In this document: positions 9,203-18,462 of the stretch, in pieces | Position numbering within the stretch: the first letter of the stretch is position 1 | Layout of the letters: each line of letters starts with the position of its first letter | Virus record (IMG/VR): IMGVR_UViG_3300002091_000047 | Span: 1-46,324 of that record | Length of the DNA: 46,324 bases | Direction: 5' to 3' (one strand) | Source of the DNA: a virus | Taxonomy: Duplodnaviria; Caudoviricetes | Notes under the pieces: model-generated | Told to the model about the DNA's origin: nothing | Seen by the model: only the letters and a program-made list of their open reading frames with translations | The model's database searches: none | Position numbers and translations under genes: made by a program

Positions 9203-9391
9203 TTAATCATTCATAATCTGTTGCAACTGAGCCATTATTCTTCCTTGTTCTTCTTGGAGTTGTTTAATTTTAAGTAACTGATTAGGATTAAGGTCAATAC
9301 TTTCTCCTTTAATTGAGGAGATTTCATTAGCTAACTTATCAAAACTATATGTTAAGTTGCTGTACAATTGGGCTTTTTGGTTATCGTTCAT
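9203..9391 (-). CDS. small coiled-coil protein
   Basis: 62-aa ORF. Confidence 0.6.
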   Translation of the reverse strand: MNDNQKAQLYSNLTYSFDKLANEISSIKGESIDLNPNQLLKIKQLQEEQGRIMAQLQQIMND

Positions 9392-9466
9392 ACTATAACT
9401 ATAAACGTATTAATAAAAAAGTAAAATATGTTGACTTTTTATCTGAATATAGTATATTTATTACCA

Positions 9467-9511
9467 ATGAAACGATATGAATTATACACGCCGAACAATT
9501 ATATTACTTAA
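9467..9511 (+). CDS. putative leader peptide MKRYELYTPNNYIT
   Basis: 14-codon uORF with tandem Asn codons directly before a terminator and the AsnRS-like gene. Confidence 0.55.
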   Translation: MKRYELYTPNNYIT

Positions 9512-9516
9512 CAAGT

Positions 9517-9548
9517 AAGTCCCTATTTTATTTTAGGGACTTTTTTTT
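9517..9548 (+). terminator. intrinsic terminator in 5' leader (attenuator-like)
   Basis: AAGTCCCTA...TAGGGACTT with a T8 run, about 36 nt before the ATG at 9585. Confidence 0.75.
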
Positions 9549-9584
9549 GCCCATACGTAAACAATTAAAACTAAATATAAAACT

Positions 9585-10400
9585 ATGAAAGACACAAAAA
9601 CTTACCACGAATTGGTACAAAAATTAAGAACATTCTTTGTAACAAAGAATTTTATTGAAGTTCCTACCCAATCAAGATTATCTATTTTAGCTGCGTGTGA
9701 AAACCCACATTCTGTTAAAACATTTGAATTTGAGGGGAAAATTTGGCCATTACCACAGACCGGACAAATGTGGTTGGAATTGGAATTATTAAAAAATCCT
9801 GAATGGGACGGGGTATTTTGTATTTCCACTTCTTATAGAGAAGAGAAAACCCCAATCCCGGGGAGACATTACAATATCTTCCCAATGTTTGAATTTGAAT
9901 CAAAAGGTATAATGAAAGATTTAATTGAGTTAGAACAAGAATTATTACAATATTTAGGGTTCTCGTCACCGGTTGAAGTAAATTACGAGGATGTTTGTGA
10001 AGAATATGACGGAGTATCTATTTTGGAAGACGAACACGAGTCAAGAATGTGGAAAGAAAAAGGTGATGTAATCTCCCTTCAAAATTTCCCAATCAGAACA
10101 AGTCCATTTTTTAATATGAAAGAAAATAATGGGGGGACATTTAATAAAGTTGATGTTATATTATTTGGTCAAGAAACTATTGGTTCGGCTGAGCGTTCTT
10201 CGGATAAAGAAAGAATGAAAGATTTATTTTATACAATATCTGATGGTGAGTATGCGTCAAAATTATTTGAGTTATTTGGTAAAGAAAGGGTTGAAAAGGA
10301 GTTGGAGGAATTTCTATCGTTAGATTTTAACCCCAGATTTGGTGGAGGAATTGGTTTAACAAGATTAAGTCGTGCTTATAATAAGTTAAAGGAAATATGA
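9585..10400 (+). CDS. class IIb aaRS catalytic-domain-only protein (AsnRS/AspRS-like; possible asparagine synthetase)
   Basis: Motif 1 FIEVPT, motif 2 SYREE...RH..FPMFEFE, motif 3 GGGIGLTRL; no N-terminal anticodon-binding domain. Confidence 0.8.
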   Translation: MKDTKTYHELVQKLRTFFVTKNFIEVPTQSRLSILAACENPHSVKTFEFEGKIWPLPQTGQMWLELELLKNPEWDGVFCISTSYREEKTPIPGRHYNIFPMFEFESKGIMKDLIELEQELLQYLGFSSPVEVNYEDVCEEYDGVSILEDEHESRMWKEKGDVISLQNFPIRTSPFFNMKENNGGTFNKVDVILFGQETIGSAERSSDKERMKDLFYTISDGEYASKLFELFGKERVEKELEEFLSLDFNPRFGGGIGLTRLSRAYNKLKEI

Positions 10401-10464
10401 TTTTTTACTAATTTATATATATTTATAATAAACCTATATTCCAAAAAGGGTTGGTTATTTAATT

Positions 10465-11481
10465 ATGAAAAAAAAATTTTATGTATATATCTATTTAGAC
10501 CCTAGAAAACAAGGTAATTTTACATATAATAATTTAACATTTAATTATGAACCATTTTATGTTGGTAAAGGTTGTGGTAATAGACTAAATTTTCATTTAT
10601 ATGAAAGTTCAAACACTAAATCTAAGATAAGGTATAATAAGATTAAAAGTATTAGAAAGTGTGGTTTAGAACCTATTGTTATAAAAATTAAAGATTATTT
10701 ATTTGAATATGAATCATTAGATTTTGAACGAGAAATTATTAAAAATATCGGTAGGAAAGATTTAAATGAAGAGCCTTTAATAAATTTAACAAATGGTGGT
10801 GAAGGTGAAAGTGGGTATGTTTGGACTGATGAAAATAAAAAAAATCTATCAAATTCTTTGAAGAACTCTAAAAAATTCAAAGATTCTATGGCTTCTTATG
10901 AAAATAAAATAAAAACTAGTGAAAGTTTAAAAAAATTTTACAAACTTAACCCACATAATAAAAAAGGTGTTAAAAGGACCAAGGATGAGATTAATAAAAT
11001 AGTTAAAACATTATCAATTGAATATTCAATTAAGACACCTTATGGTGACATTATTGGTTTGGTGGGTACTAAAAATGTTTATAAATATTTTAATGAGTTA
11101 AATGATACTCTATTATTAAAAGGTAGATTTAGAATTAGTCCTGATTCTATTATGTATAAAAACGGGTCTAAAGGTTATTTTCTAATAAAAAAAAATAATA
11201 ATAATAGAAATATGACGTGGTCGAAAGAGAAAAAACAAAAACACTCGGAAAATAATAGTAAAACAAAAAATAATAATGCGTGTAAGTATATTGTAAAATG
11301 TCCTAATAACGAAATAAAAGAATTTATTGGGAGAGATGGGTTAAAAAAATATTTCGATGATTTAAATAAAGGTATTTTATTTTTAAATAAAAAAATTGGG
11401 TATGAAACATTAATTAATAAGGGTATTAATAAAGATTATGAAATAATAGATAAAATTAAAATTTATAAAAATAATATCTAA
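10465..11481 (+). CDS. GIY-YIG-like free-standing homing endonuclease
   Basis: YVYIYLDPRK...FYVGKG...R, NLTNGGEG, Lys-rich repeats, very low GC. Confidence 0.75.
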   Translation: MKKKFYVYIYLDPRKQGNFTYNNLTFNYEPFYVGKGCGNRLNFHLYESSNTKSKIRYNKIKSIRKCGLEPIVIKIKDYLFEYESLDFEREIIKNIGRKDLNEEPLINLTNGGEGESGYVWTDENKKNLSNSLKNSKKFKDSMASYENKIKTSESLKKFYKLNPHNKKGVKRTKDEINKIVKTLSIEYSIKTPYGDIIGLVGTKNVYKYFNELNDTLLLKGRFRISPDSIMYKNGSKGYFLIKKNNNNRNMTWSKEKKQKHSENNSKTKNNNACKYIVKCPNNEIKEFIGRDGLKKYFDDLNKGILFLNKKIGYETLINKGINKDYEIIDKIKIYKNNI

Positions 11482-11484
11482 TAA

Positions 11485-11515
11485 TTTGGTAATGTTATTT
11501 TTTTAATTACCTTTG
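11485..11515 (+). promoter_or_regulatory. Bacteroidota sigmaA promoter
   Basis: TTTG at 11485 plus TACCTTTG at 11508. Confidence 0.7.
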
Positions 11516-11541
11516 TAGGTAAAAAATAAATTAAAAGAATA

Positions 11542-11715
11542 ATGAGCAAAGAATTAGGAAAAAAGTGGGAACAAGTTTATGATGACCCTGATGAAACAGT
11601 TATTTGGAGATATGACACTTCAAAAACTAAATTTGGACCTTATGAGGTCGAAATAAAATACAAACGACCGGTGGTTAGAACCAAGAAGGTCACAAGAAAG
11701 GTTACTGTAAAGTAA
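11542..11715 (+). CDS. small hypothetical protein (57 aa, not in ORF track)
   Basis: MSKELGKKWEQVYDDPDETVIWRYD... downstream of a promoter. Confidence 0.65.
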   Translation: MSKELGKKWEQVYDDPDETVIWRYDTSKTKFGPYEVEIKYKRPVVRTKKVTRKVTVK

Positions 11716-11721
11716 CCTTTT

Positions 11722-12168
11722 TTATTTGGGGTTAATTATTCTTTTTTTTGCGTTATCAATTAAAAATTGTTCTACACCCGGAATCTTTTTTAAAAATTGT
11801 AATTCATATAAGTAAGACATTGTTTCTTCATCAATTTCTTTCATTTTAATTCCGTGTTTTCTAAAATATAAATGTCGTGATTCGTGAACTAAAACTGCTG
11901 CAACATTATTAACAGAACCCCTTAGTATATCCGATTGGGATATCATAATTGTATGACTGTCTTCAGTTGTTGAGAAATTCCCATTCCAAAAGGTTATGTG
12001 GTCACAAACCTCAATTAACGTGTCATATTTCTCACTATCAATTTGTTTAATCAATTTTAACGCTTGATTAACTTTATTGACCCACCCATCACCTACATCA
12101 TCAATTTTTACTTGTCCTATAACGTTATAATTAATAAAAAGTAGAAGTAATACTACAAAATGTTTCAT
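11722..12168 (-). CDS. secreted zincin-like metallopeptidase
   Basis: Signal peptide ending VIG-Q; AAVLVHESRH followed by DEE. Confidence 0.7.
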   Translation of the reverse strand: MKHFVVLLLLFINYNVIGQVKIDDVGDGWVNKVNQALKLIKQIDSEKYDTLIEVCDHITFWNGNFSTTEDSHTIMISQSDILRGSVNNVAAVLVHESRHLYFRKHGIKMKEIDEETMSYLYELQFLKKIPGVEQFLIDNAKKRIINPK

Positions 12169-12262
12169 ATTTTTTTTTAAATAAATAGTTTAGAATGGTT
12201 CTATATCGCCATTTAATGATATTTATCATCAGAGTAAATAAATTTAAATAAAAAAAACCTAA

Positions 12263-14152
12263 ATGAAAAAATTAGTAACCTTACTATTTTTGTTTGTTGG
12301 TTTAATAGGTTCGGCACAGGTTTGTCCAACTCCTACAACAACAGGAGCTTTTGTGACACTTGATGCCACCTATCAACTAGCAACAACGGCTGCAGGTAGT
12401 ACAGATGTTGGTCTGTGTTTTTATAACAACACATCACAACTTATTACGGCAGCACAATTCAGGGTGTTTTACGACAAAAATACCTTTTCAGGTGTTTCTA
12501 CTGTAACATCATTGAATACTTCTTATGCACAGTATCTACAATTCGTAGATAACCCTGCTTCGGGTTATGTGACAATTACAATGTCATATACTGGAAACTT
12601 ATCCTCGTTTACAATACCGAATGGTGCGTTTGTTAAGTTAAACTTAACTCACGTTGCAGGTTTCGCATCGTTAACGTCTACAACACCAATGACTTTTTCA
12701 GGTGTACAAACATTCCCACAAACGGCTACGACTCAAGCGGGTATGGATTACGCATTGAATTTACAAAACTTTGGTGGTGTATTCTTACAACAATTGTTCT
12801 CGTATAGTGGAACATTCACTAACGTAACTGGTTCAGGTGCTAAAAACATCCCTGTTATTTTAGAGAAAAAATTAATGACTGCCTCATCTTGGACGACAGT
12901 AACAACTTCAACAACTGATGTTGCTGGTAACTTTACATTTACAAACTTACCGATAGATATCACAAGTTGGGATGTTAGAATTAGAGTTGATGGGTCAACA
13001 TTGGCGACAGGAAATATTATCTCTGTGTCTGATTCACAAAAAATCAATAGATTCGTGTTAGGTCAAGATGTACCTACAGGATTTGATTTTTACACTGCTG
13101 ACGTAAATGGTGATAATAACATTACTGTATCCGATGTTTATGGTGTATTTGGAAGAGTATCAGGAAGATTCACGGCTTGGCCTAACTTGGTTAAAGATGT
13201 TAAATTCTTCTCAGCTTCAGAATACGCTTTAATTAACGGTTCATCATCATCTTTACAATCTACAATTCCGGGTGTAACTGATTTAGTGTTCAACATCTTA
13301 CCGGGTGCTGGAAACACAGTGACATTCTACGTAGCGGCTCCGGGAGATGCTAACGGTACAGGATTCCAAATGGCTCGTATGACACCAATTGAAATTTTAA
13401 ACCCTGCTAATGCACCGTTACACATCATTGATGTTACAACGACATATGACGATAACTCATTAAACACAATTGAGGTTCATTACCCTAACTTAACAGTAAA
13501 CACAGAAAATTTAGTTGAAGTTCCAGTTTCTGTTAAAACAAATGGTCAACAATTAGGTTCGTTACAATTAGCTATGAACTTTAATAGTGACTTATTAGAT
13601 TTTAGAGGTATTAAAACTGAATCAAAAATTGGAAGTTGGATATCATTTATGAATCCTAATGGAAACGTTGTTGAATGGGGTGGATATGACCCAACTCTAA
13701 ACACGAAATTGTTACAAGACAATGAATTGGCCTTTACTCTACAATTCATTTCTAAACAAATTCAAAGTGATTGGGGTGTAAGTCCTTTATATGTTACAAG
13801 AAAATATGCTGGTGATACTACCGCTAAAGACCTTAAAATTACACCAACTGATGGAATTGTTACAATTATGAAAGTTGGGGAAATTGGAGAATTAACAGGT
13901 GATATGATGGTTTATCCAAATCCTGTTGAGGATTTAGTAAATGTTAAGTTTAGAGTTACTGAAAACGGTAGCACTTGGTTAGGACTATATTCTTTAGATG
14001 GTAAAGAACTTCAGGTTATTGTTGATAAATCAATGCCAAAGGGAGAATACTGTTATATGACAAGTTTAGGTTATTTACCAAGTGGTGAATACGTTGCTGT
14101 GTTAAGAAAAAAAGATTTACCTGTTACATCAAAAATTATACTTAAAAAATAA
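12263..14152 (+). CDS. secreted cohesin-like / Cna-B-like / dockerin-like / cohesin-like protein with T9SS C-terminal domain
   Basis: Signal GSA-Q; ITAAQFRVFYD and VEVPVSV...LGSLQLAMNFNSDLL cohesin-like; ADVNGDNNITVSD Ca loop; VYPNPV...LYSLDGK...LPSGEY...KIILKK CTD. Confidence 0.75.
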   Translation: MKKLVTLLFLFVGLIGSAQVCPTPTTTGAFVTLDATYQLATTAAGSTDVGLCFYNNTSQLITAAQFRVFYDKNTFSGVSTVTSLNTSYAQYLQFVDNPASGYVTITMSYTGNLSSFTIPNGAFVKLNLTHVAGFASLTSTTPMTFSGVQTFPQTATTQAGMDYALNLQNFGGVFLQQLFSYSGTFTNVTGSGAKNIPVILEKKLMTASSWTTVTTSTTDVAGNFTFTNLPIDITSWDVRIRVDGSTLATGNIISVSDSQKINRFVLGQDVPTGFDFYTADVNGDNNITVSDVYGVFGRVSGRFTAWPNLVKDVKFFSASEYALINGSSSSLQSTIPGVTDLVFNILPGAGNTVTFYVAAPGDANGTGFQMARMTPIEILNPANAPLHIIDVTTTYDDNSLNTIEVHYPNLTVNTENLVEVPVSVKTNGQQLGSLQLAMNFNSDLLDFRGIKTESKIGSWISFMNPNGNVVEWGGYDPTLNTKLLQDNELAFTLQFISKQIQSDWGVSPLYVTRKYAGDTTAKDLKITPTDGIVTIMKVGEIGELTGDMMVYPNPVEDLVNVKFRVTENGSTWLGLYSLDGKELQVIVDKSMPKGEYCYMTSLGYLPSGEYVAVLRKKDLPVTSKIILKK

Positions 14153-14215
14153 TTCACGGGGTCGTTAAGACCCCATAGCCTATATAAGGAAAATAAACAA
14201 TAAAAATTAAATAAA

Positions 14216-14551
14216 ATGTCAGAAGAAACAAATGCACCTGAATCAGACGGAACTTGGTCTGGGTTGAAAAAAACAATAATCGGAACCTTAACTACTGTGG
14301 TAGCGGGAGGAGGTGTTTGGTTAAGTACACAGCTTTTCGGGGGTCACTCTGAAGAAGAAAATGGGGCTAAAACAGAACAAGCTGCACCAGCACCTATTGT
14401 CGTTAATGTTGCCAACAATAACACAAATCAACAAAAACAAAGTGGTGGTGGAACAAATACGATTGTTAAAGAACGTATAATTGAAAAACAAGCTGCCACA
14501 CCAACCGAAGCACCTAAAAAAGATAAACCAAAGGAAGAAGACCCTTGGTAA
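14216..14551 (+). CDS. single-TM membrane protein with low-complexity tail
   Basis: KTIIGTLTTVVAGGGVWL TM; APAPIVVNVANNNTNQQ. Confidence 0.75.
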   Translation: MSEETNAPESDGTWSGLKKTIIGTLTTVVAGGGVWLSTQLFGGHSEEENGAKTEQAAPAPIVVNVANNNTNQQKQSGGGTNTIVKERIIEKQAATPTEAPKKDKPKEEDPW

Positions 14552-14552
14552 G

Positions 14553-15266
14553 ATGAAGAAGTTATTTTTAATAACAACATTATTGGTTAGTTTCTTCTCT
14601 TTTAGCCAAACTATTGGTTCAGCAAAAACTGAAGAGTATCGTGCCGACTTTGAGAAGAAACAATCTATTGATGTGGTAAGTAATTATACCGGAGATATTG
14701 TTATTCCAATACAGGTCTTAAAAATCGGTATAAACGAAGAACTATACGAGATGTATCCTGAGTTAAAAGACAAACGTGTTGGACTTGGAGTTGCAAACAT
14801 TGTATTAGAGTTTTTAGAATCAACAGATAGATTTAAATTTACCGAAGATAAAGCGGAAATCAAAAATAAAATGATTGCCCAAGACAAAGCGTCTGATAAA
14901 GGTATATCTAGTAACAAGATAGAAGTTAAAGGTAATGTAATTTTAGCAAACTACTTTGTTTATATTGAAGTTTATGATTTTTCGGTATCGGAAGATGAAC
15001 AAATTAAAATGAGAGATGGTTCAAAAACAACACAAACTACAAGATTAGGTTTACAAGTTAGATTTGTTGACGCTCAAACCGGAGAGATTTTCACAGGTAG
15101 TGGATTAGGTGAGGCATCAACTATTAAAACAGCGTCATTATTAGATGGTCTTGACGAAATTAAATTTAACCAATCAACAATTGGTACATCAACAAAAAAA
15201 GCTCTTGAAACGGCATCGTCAAGAGTAATAACTAAATTAATAAAAAAAGGTGTCTTTAAGAGTTAA
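14553..15266 (+). CDS. CsgG/HfaB-like exported protein
   Basis: Signal SFS-Q; GVANIVLEFLESTDRFKF, ANYFVYIEVYDF, LQVRFVDAQTGEI...G.GEA. Confidence 0.65.
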   Translation: MKKLFLITTLLVSFFSFSQTIGSAKTEEYRADFEKKQSIDVVSNYTGDIVIPIQVLKIGINEELYEMYPELKDKRVGLGVANIVLEFLESTDRFKFTEDKAEIKNKMIAQDKASDKGISSNKIEVKGNVILANYFVYIEVYDFSVSEDEQIKMRDGSKTTQTTRLGLQVRFVDAQTGEIFTGSGLGEASTIKTASLLDGLDEIKFNQSTIGTSTKKALETASSRVITKLIKKGVFKS

Positions 15267-15273
15267 ATAAATT

Positions 15274-15648
15274 ATGGGTAAATTAGGAAAATTTTTAGGT
15301 GTTAATAAAACAACACCTGTAGTAGATGATAAAAATAGATTCTACTTTATGTTGTTAGAAATGCAAAATAATCGTTGGAGAATCACGGCAATTGTATTAG
15401 GATTATTTACTCTAATCATTGTTGGTATCAATGCGGGTGTATTTTTAGAGGCAAAAATTGGTGAAGATTGGAAAGAAATGTTATTAATTTTATTAGGGGC
15501 CTTTGTCGGTAACTTAAATAAAGTTGTGGATTATTGGTTCAACTCTGAGGACAGAGATAAAATGTTAATTAAAAAGGTGGATGAAGAAAATGATACCCCT
15601 GAAATAATTATGGCAAAAAATTTAATTAGTAAAGAAGAGGAAGAATAA
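15274..15648 (+). CDS. two-TM membrane protein
   Basis: Two hydrophobic helices; LLGAFVGNLNKVVDYWF. Confidence 0.75.
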   Translation: MGKLGKFLGVNKTTPVVDDKNRFYFMLLEMQNNRWRITAIVLGLFTLIIVGINAGVFLEAKIGEDWKEMLLILLGAFVGNLNKVVDYWFNSEDRDKMLIKKVDEENDTPEIIMAKNLISKEEEE

Positions 15649-15650
15649 AA

Positions 15651-16220
15651 ATGGCGATAGTTTATAGACACATTAGATTAGATAAAAATGAAGTTTTTTA
15701 TATTGGTATAGGTAAAACTGAAAAAAGAGCTTACGAAAAACATCATCATAGAAGTCAATTTTGGAAAAATATTTCTAAAATTGGTTATGAGGTTGAAATT
15801 ATGTTTGAGGATTTAACTTGGGGTGAGGCCTGTATAAAAGAAACCGAATTTATTAAACTTTATGGAAGAAAAGATTTAAACGAAGGTACTTTAGTTAATA
15901 TGACTAATGGTGGTGATGGTGGGTTTGGTGTGATAGTAAAAGAAGAGACCAAAAAAAAAATAAGACAATACCAATTAAGTTTAAATAAAAAAGGCAAACC
16001 AGGTAGAATATGGACTGAAGAATCTAAAACTAAATTATCTCAAACATTAACAGGTTTTAAACATAGGGAAGATTCCATCATAAAAATGCAAAAACCAAAA
16101 TTAGATAAAAAAAATTATTCATACCCAAAATCTAAAATAATGTGCCCTCATTGCCAATTTGAATGCCAACCCTCAAATGCTTATAGATGGCATTTTGATA
16201 ATTGTAAATTAAAAAAATGA
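15651..16220 (+). CDS. GIY-YIG-like homing endonuclease with NUMOD3-like repeat and C-terminal CPHC finger
   Basis: VYRH...FYIGIG...RA, NMTNGGDG, CPHC...RWHFDNC. Confidence 0.75.
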   Translation: MAIVYRHIRLDKNEVFYIGIGKTEKRAYEKHHHRSQFWKNISKIGYEVEIMFEDLTWGEACIKETEFIKLYGRKDLNEGTLVNMTNGGDGGFGVIVKEETKKKIRQYQLSLNKKGKPGRIWTEESKTKLSQTLTGFKHREDSIIKMQKPKLDKKNYSYPKSKIMCPHCQFECQPSNAYRWHFDNCKLKK

Positions 16221-18016
16221 TGATGAAAAAAGGTATTTTATTATTTCTTTTTTTAATCTCGTCACTTTATTCGATGGGACAGGGGTTTGTATATTCATAC
16301 GATGACCCCTGCACATCGAAAACAAAGGAAATTTATATAGATAATCCCACGGGGGATGTAGCCTTATTTTATGGTGGTCAAGTTCAAACTTTTGCACCAT
16401 CACAATTACAATCAGGAGCTCTTCAACAATGGATTAACCAAGTTAATTCGACAAACCCATCAGGTCCTTGTAGTGGAGTTGGTTTATCTCAAAATACAAC
16501 AATGAACGTGTCAATTACTCAAAATAACATATCAGTACTAACAACGGTATTATCAACATTGTCCGAAGTTACCACAATGTCAAATATGACCCAAGAAATG
16601 TCTTCTATGTCAACTATGATGGGAGGTTCACCTCAGGGTGTTATACAGGCTGATGAAAAAATATCATCAAATAATAATGAAAATGAAGGAAAACAATCTA
16701 ATAACTCCGGAAATTCAACGAATTCTAACGGAAATACAGGTTCAATTAACACAACTTCAACAGGAAATCTATCGTCTCAATCATCTGTAACTAATACTCA
16801 ACAAACCAATAACAATGAGTCATCAAATAATCAACAATCTATGTCTCAAACCAATTCAAATGGGTCTCAACAAGTTGGGGGTTCAAATAACACGACTTCA
16901 GTAGGTGAACAAACGTCTGAGTCACCTATAACAAACCCATCAAGTTCCCCTCAAGTTGCCACCAACCAACCATCAAGTAATCCGGCAAGTTCCGGTAATC
17001 AGACAGGGTCTCAAATAACTAATAATCAGGGTAATAATGGTGTTTCATCAAATAATCCGGTAAGTTCCGGTAATAATTCGACAGCAAATACTAATAATTC
17101 CACAACATCAAATACTAATAACTCCACGAGTAATCAAAATTTACAAAATGGTGGTGGAAATAATCAAAATTTACAAGTTGTAAGTGAAAATCACGAAACT
17201 CAAGGGCAAAATGTTTCTGAGACACCATCGAATAATAGTAGTGGGAATAACATTACAGGTGGAGTTAATTCAGTTAAGGCCGATGTTACAGAAAAAAATG
17301 ATAAAGAAGAATCTACTAAAGATGAATTAAATTCACTTCAAAGTATGAACGCAACAACATCGTCTTCAACAAAAAGTAAGGTTGCTACAGTTAAAAAAGG
17401 TAGTTTAATGATGACCGGAGATATTGTAACTATTTCAAGTGGGAATGGGTCAAGTCCAACGCAACTTAAAGTGAATAGTAGTATTATTATGTCAAATACT
17501 AAAAACACATTTGCTAAAGGTGCGTTAATTAATTTTACAAGTAACGTTAATAATTCAAATGTTACATTATTTATGTCATATAGACGTAAGAAATTTACAA
17601 CAATTTTAGCTAATTCGACTATGATGAATTTCCAAAAAGATTTATTTAATACCACTTCTATTATGGAATCATACCAACGTAAGAAAATTACAGGTACATT
17701 AGGTATTAATTTAACGACAGGTAATTTAGGTACCTCAAAGTTTCAAAGTATATCTTCTTTAGCGGGAATTATCGGTACATTTAAAGTTAATAAAAAAATA
17801 GGATTAACCACTATGTGTGTTGTTGTATATTCACCATACGTTTATTTTTACCAAGGTATATGGTATCAATCAGGTGTATTAGTGGTACCATTCACTGCGG
17901 TTGATTATAAAATAACCAAAAAATTTAAACTTAATTTAAGTTTCAGTGGTGTTCAACAGATAAACGACCAAATATTAAATTATCAAGTTCTAATTGGAGC
18001 TAAAACATTTTTATGA
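16217..18016 (+). CDS. exported protein with N/S/Q/T-rich stalk and putative C-terminal beta-barrel
   Basis: Signal SMG-Q; small N-terminal domain with two Cys; long low-complexity tract; amphipathic strands ending YQVLIGAKTFL. Confidence 0.65.
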   Translation: MMMKKGILLFLFLISSLYSMGQGFVYSYDDPCTSKTKEIYIDNPTGDVALFYGGQVQTFAPSQLQSGALQQWINQVNSTNPSGPCSGVGLSQNTTMNVSITQNNISVLTTVLSTLSEVTTMSNMTQEMSSMSTMMGGSPQGVIQADEKISSNNNENEGKQSNNSGNSTNSNGNTGSINTTSTGNLSSQSSVTNTQQTNNNESSNNQQSMSQTNSNGSQQVGGSNNTTSVGEQTSESPITNPSSSPQVATNQPSSNPASSGNQTGSQITNNQGNNGVSSNNPVSSGNNSTANTNNSTTSNTNNSTSNQNLQNGGGNNQNLQVVSENHETQGQNVSETPSNNSSGNNITGGVNSVKADVTEKNDKEESTKDELNSLQSMNATTSSSTKSKVATVKKGSLMMTGDIVTISSGNGSSPTQLKVNSSIIMSNTKNTFAKGALINFTSNVNNSNVTLFMSYRRKKFTTILANSTMMNFQKDLFNTTSIMESYQRKKITGTLGINLTTGNLGTSKFQSISSLAGIIGTFKVNKKIGLTTMCVVVYSPYVYFYQGIWYQSGVLVVPFTAVDYKITKKFKLNLSFSGVQQINDQILNYQVLIGAKTFL

Positions 18017-18462
18017 GAAAAATTTTATTACTTATCGGATTGTTGTTTATTACAACAAGTTATTCTCAAAAATGTTATTCTGTAACAGATGTTCAGAATA
18101 ATGGTGAGATTGAAGGAATTAGTCCTAAAAGATTTACAATGGGTGTTAAACAAATCACCGAAGAAGTTTTATCTATGAATCATAGTATTTGTGAAAACGG
18201 GAAACCGGTGGTTGTGTTAATACAAAGTATTGAAGCACCTTCAACAGGAATTGCTTTAGGACCGTTTGAAAAGAAAAGAAAAAAAACAATAGTTAAGTTA
18301 AAAATAACAATTGATGGTGATGACTATTATGGACAGGGGGATTCAAATACCGATGTTAGCGCAACATTTATTGAGTTACAAGATGAAAATCTTCCATTTG
18401 AAAAATCATCATTTTCATCGGCACTTAAAAAAGGTATTCAAGAAGCGTTGTCTGATTTTTAA
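18013..18462 (+). CDS. short CsgG-like paralogue of 14553-15266
   Basis: Signal SYS-Q; KRFTMGVKQITEEVLS resembles KRVGLGVANIVLEFLE; FEKSSFSSALKKGIQEA resembles FNQSTIGTSTKKALETA. Confidence 0.6.
   Translation: MRKILLLIGLLFITTSYSQKCYSVTDVQNNGEIEGISPKRFTMGVKQITEEVLSMNHSICENGKPVVVLIQSIEAPSTGIALGPFEKKRKKTIVKLKITIDGDDYYGQGDSNTDVSATFIELQDENLPFEKSSFSSALKKGIQEALSDF

Noticed and set aside
9585-10400. Functional stand-alone asparaginyl-tRNA synthetase
   Set aside because: 271 aa with no anticodon-binding OB domain, so it is called a catalytic-domain paralogue instead
16670-17260. CRISPR array or curlin repeats
   Set aside because: The repeats are short, irregular and in frame within a low-complexity coding tract; there is no repeat-spacer periodicity
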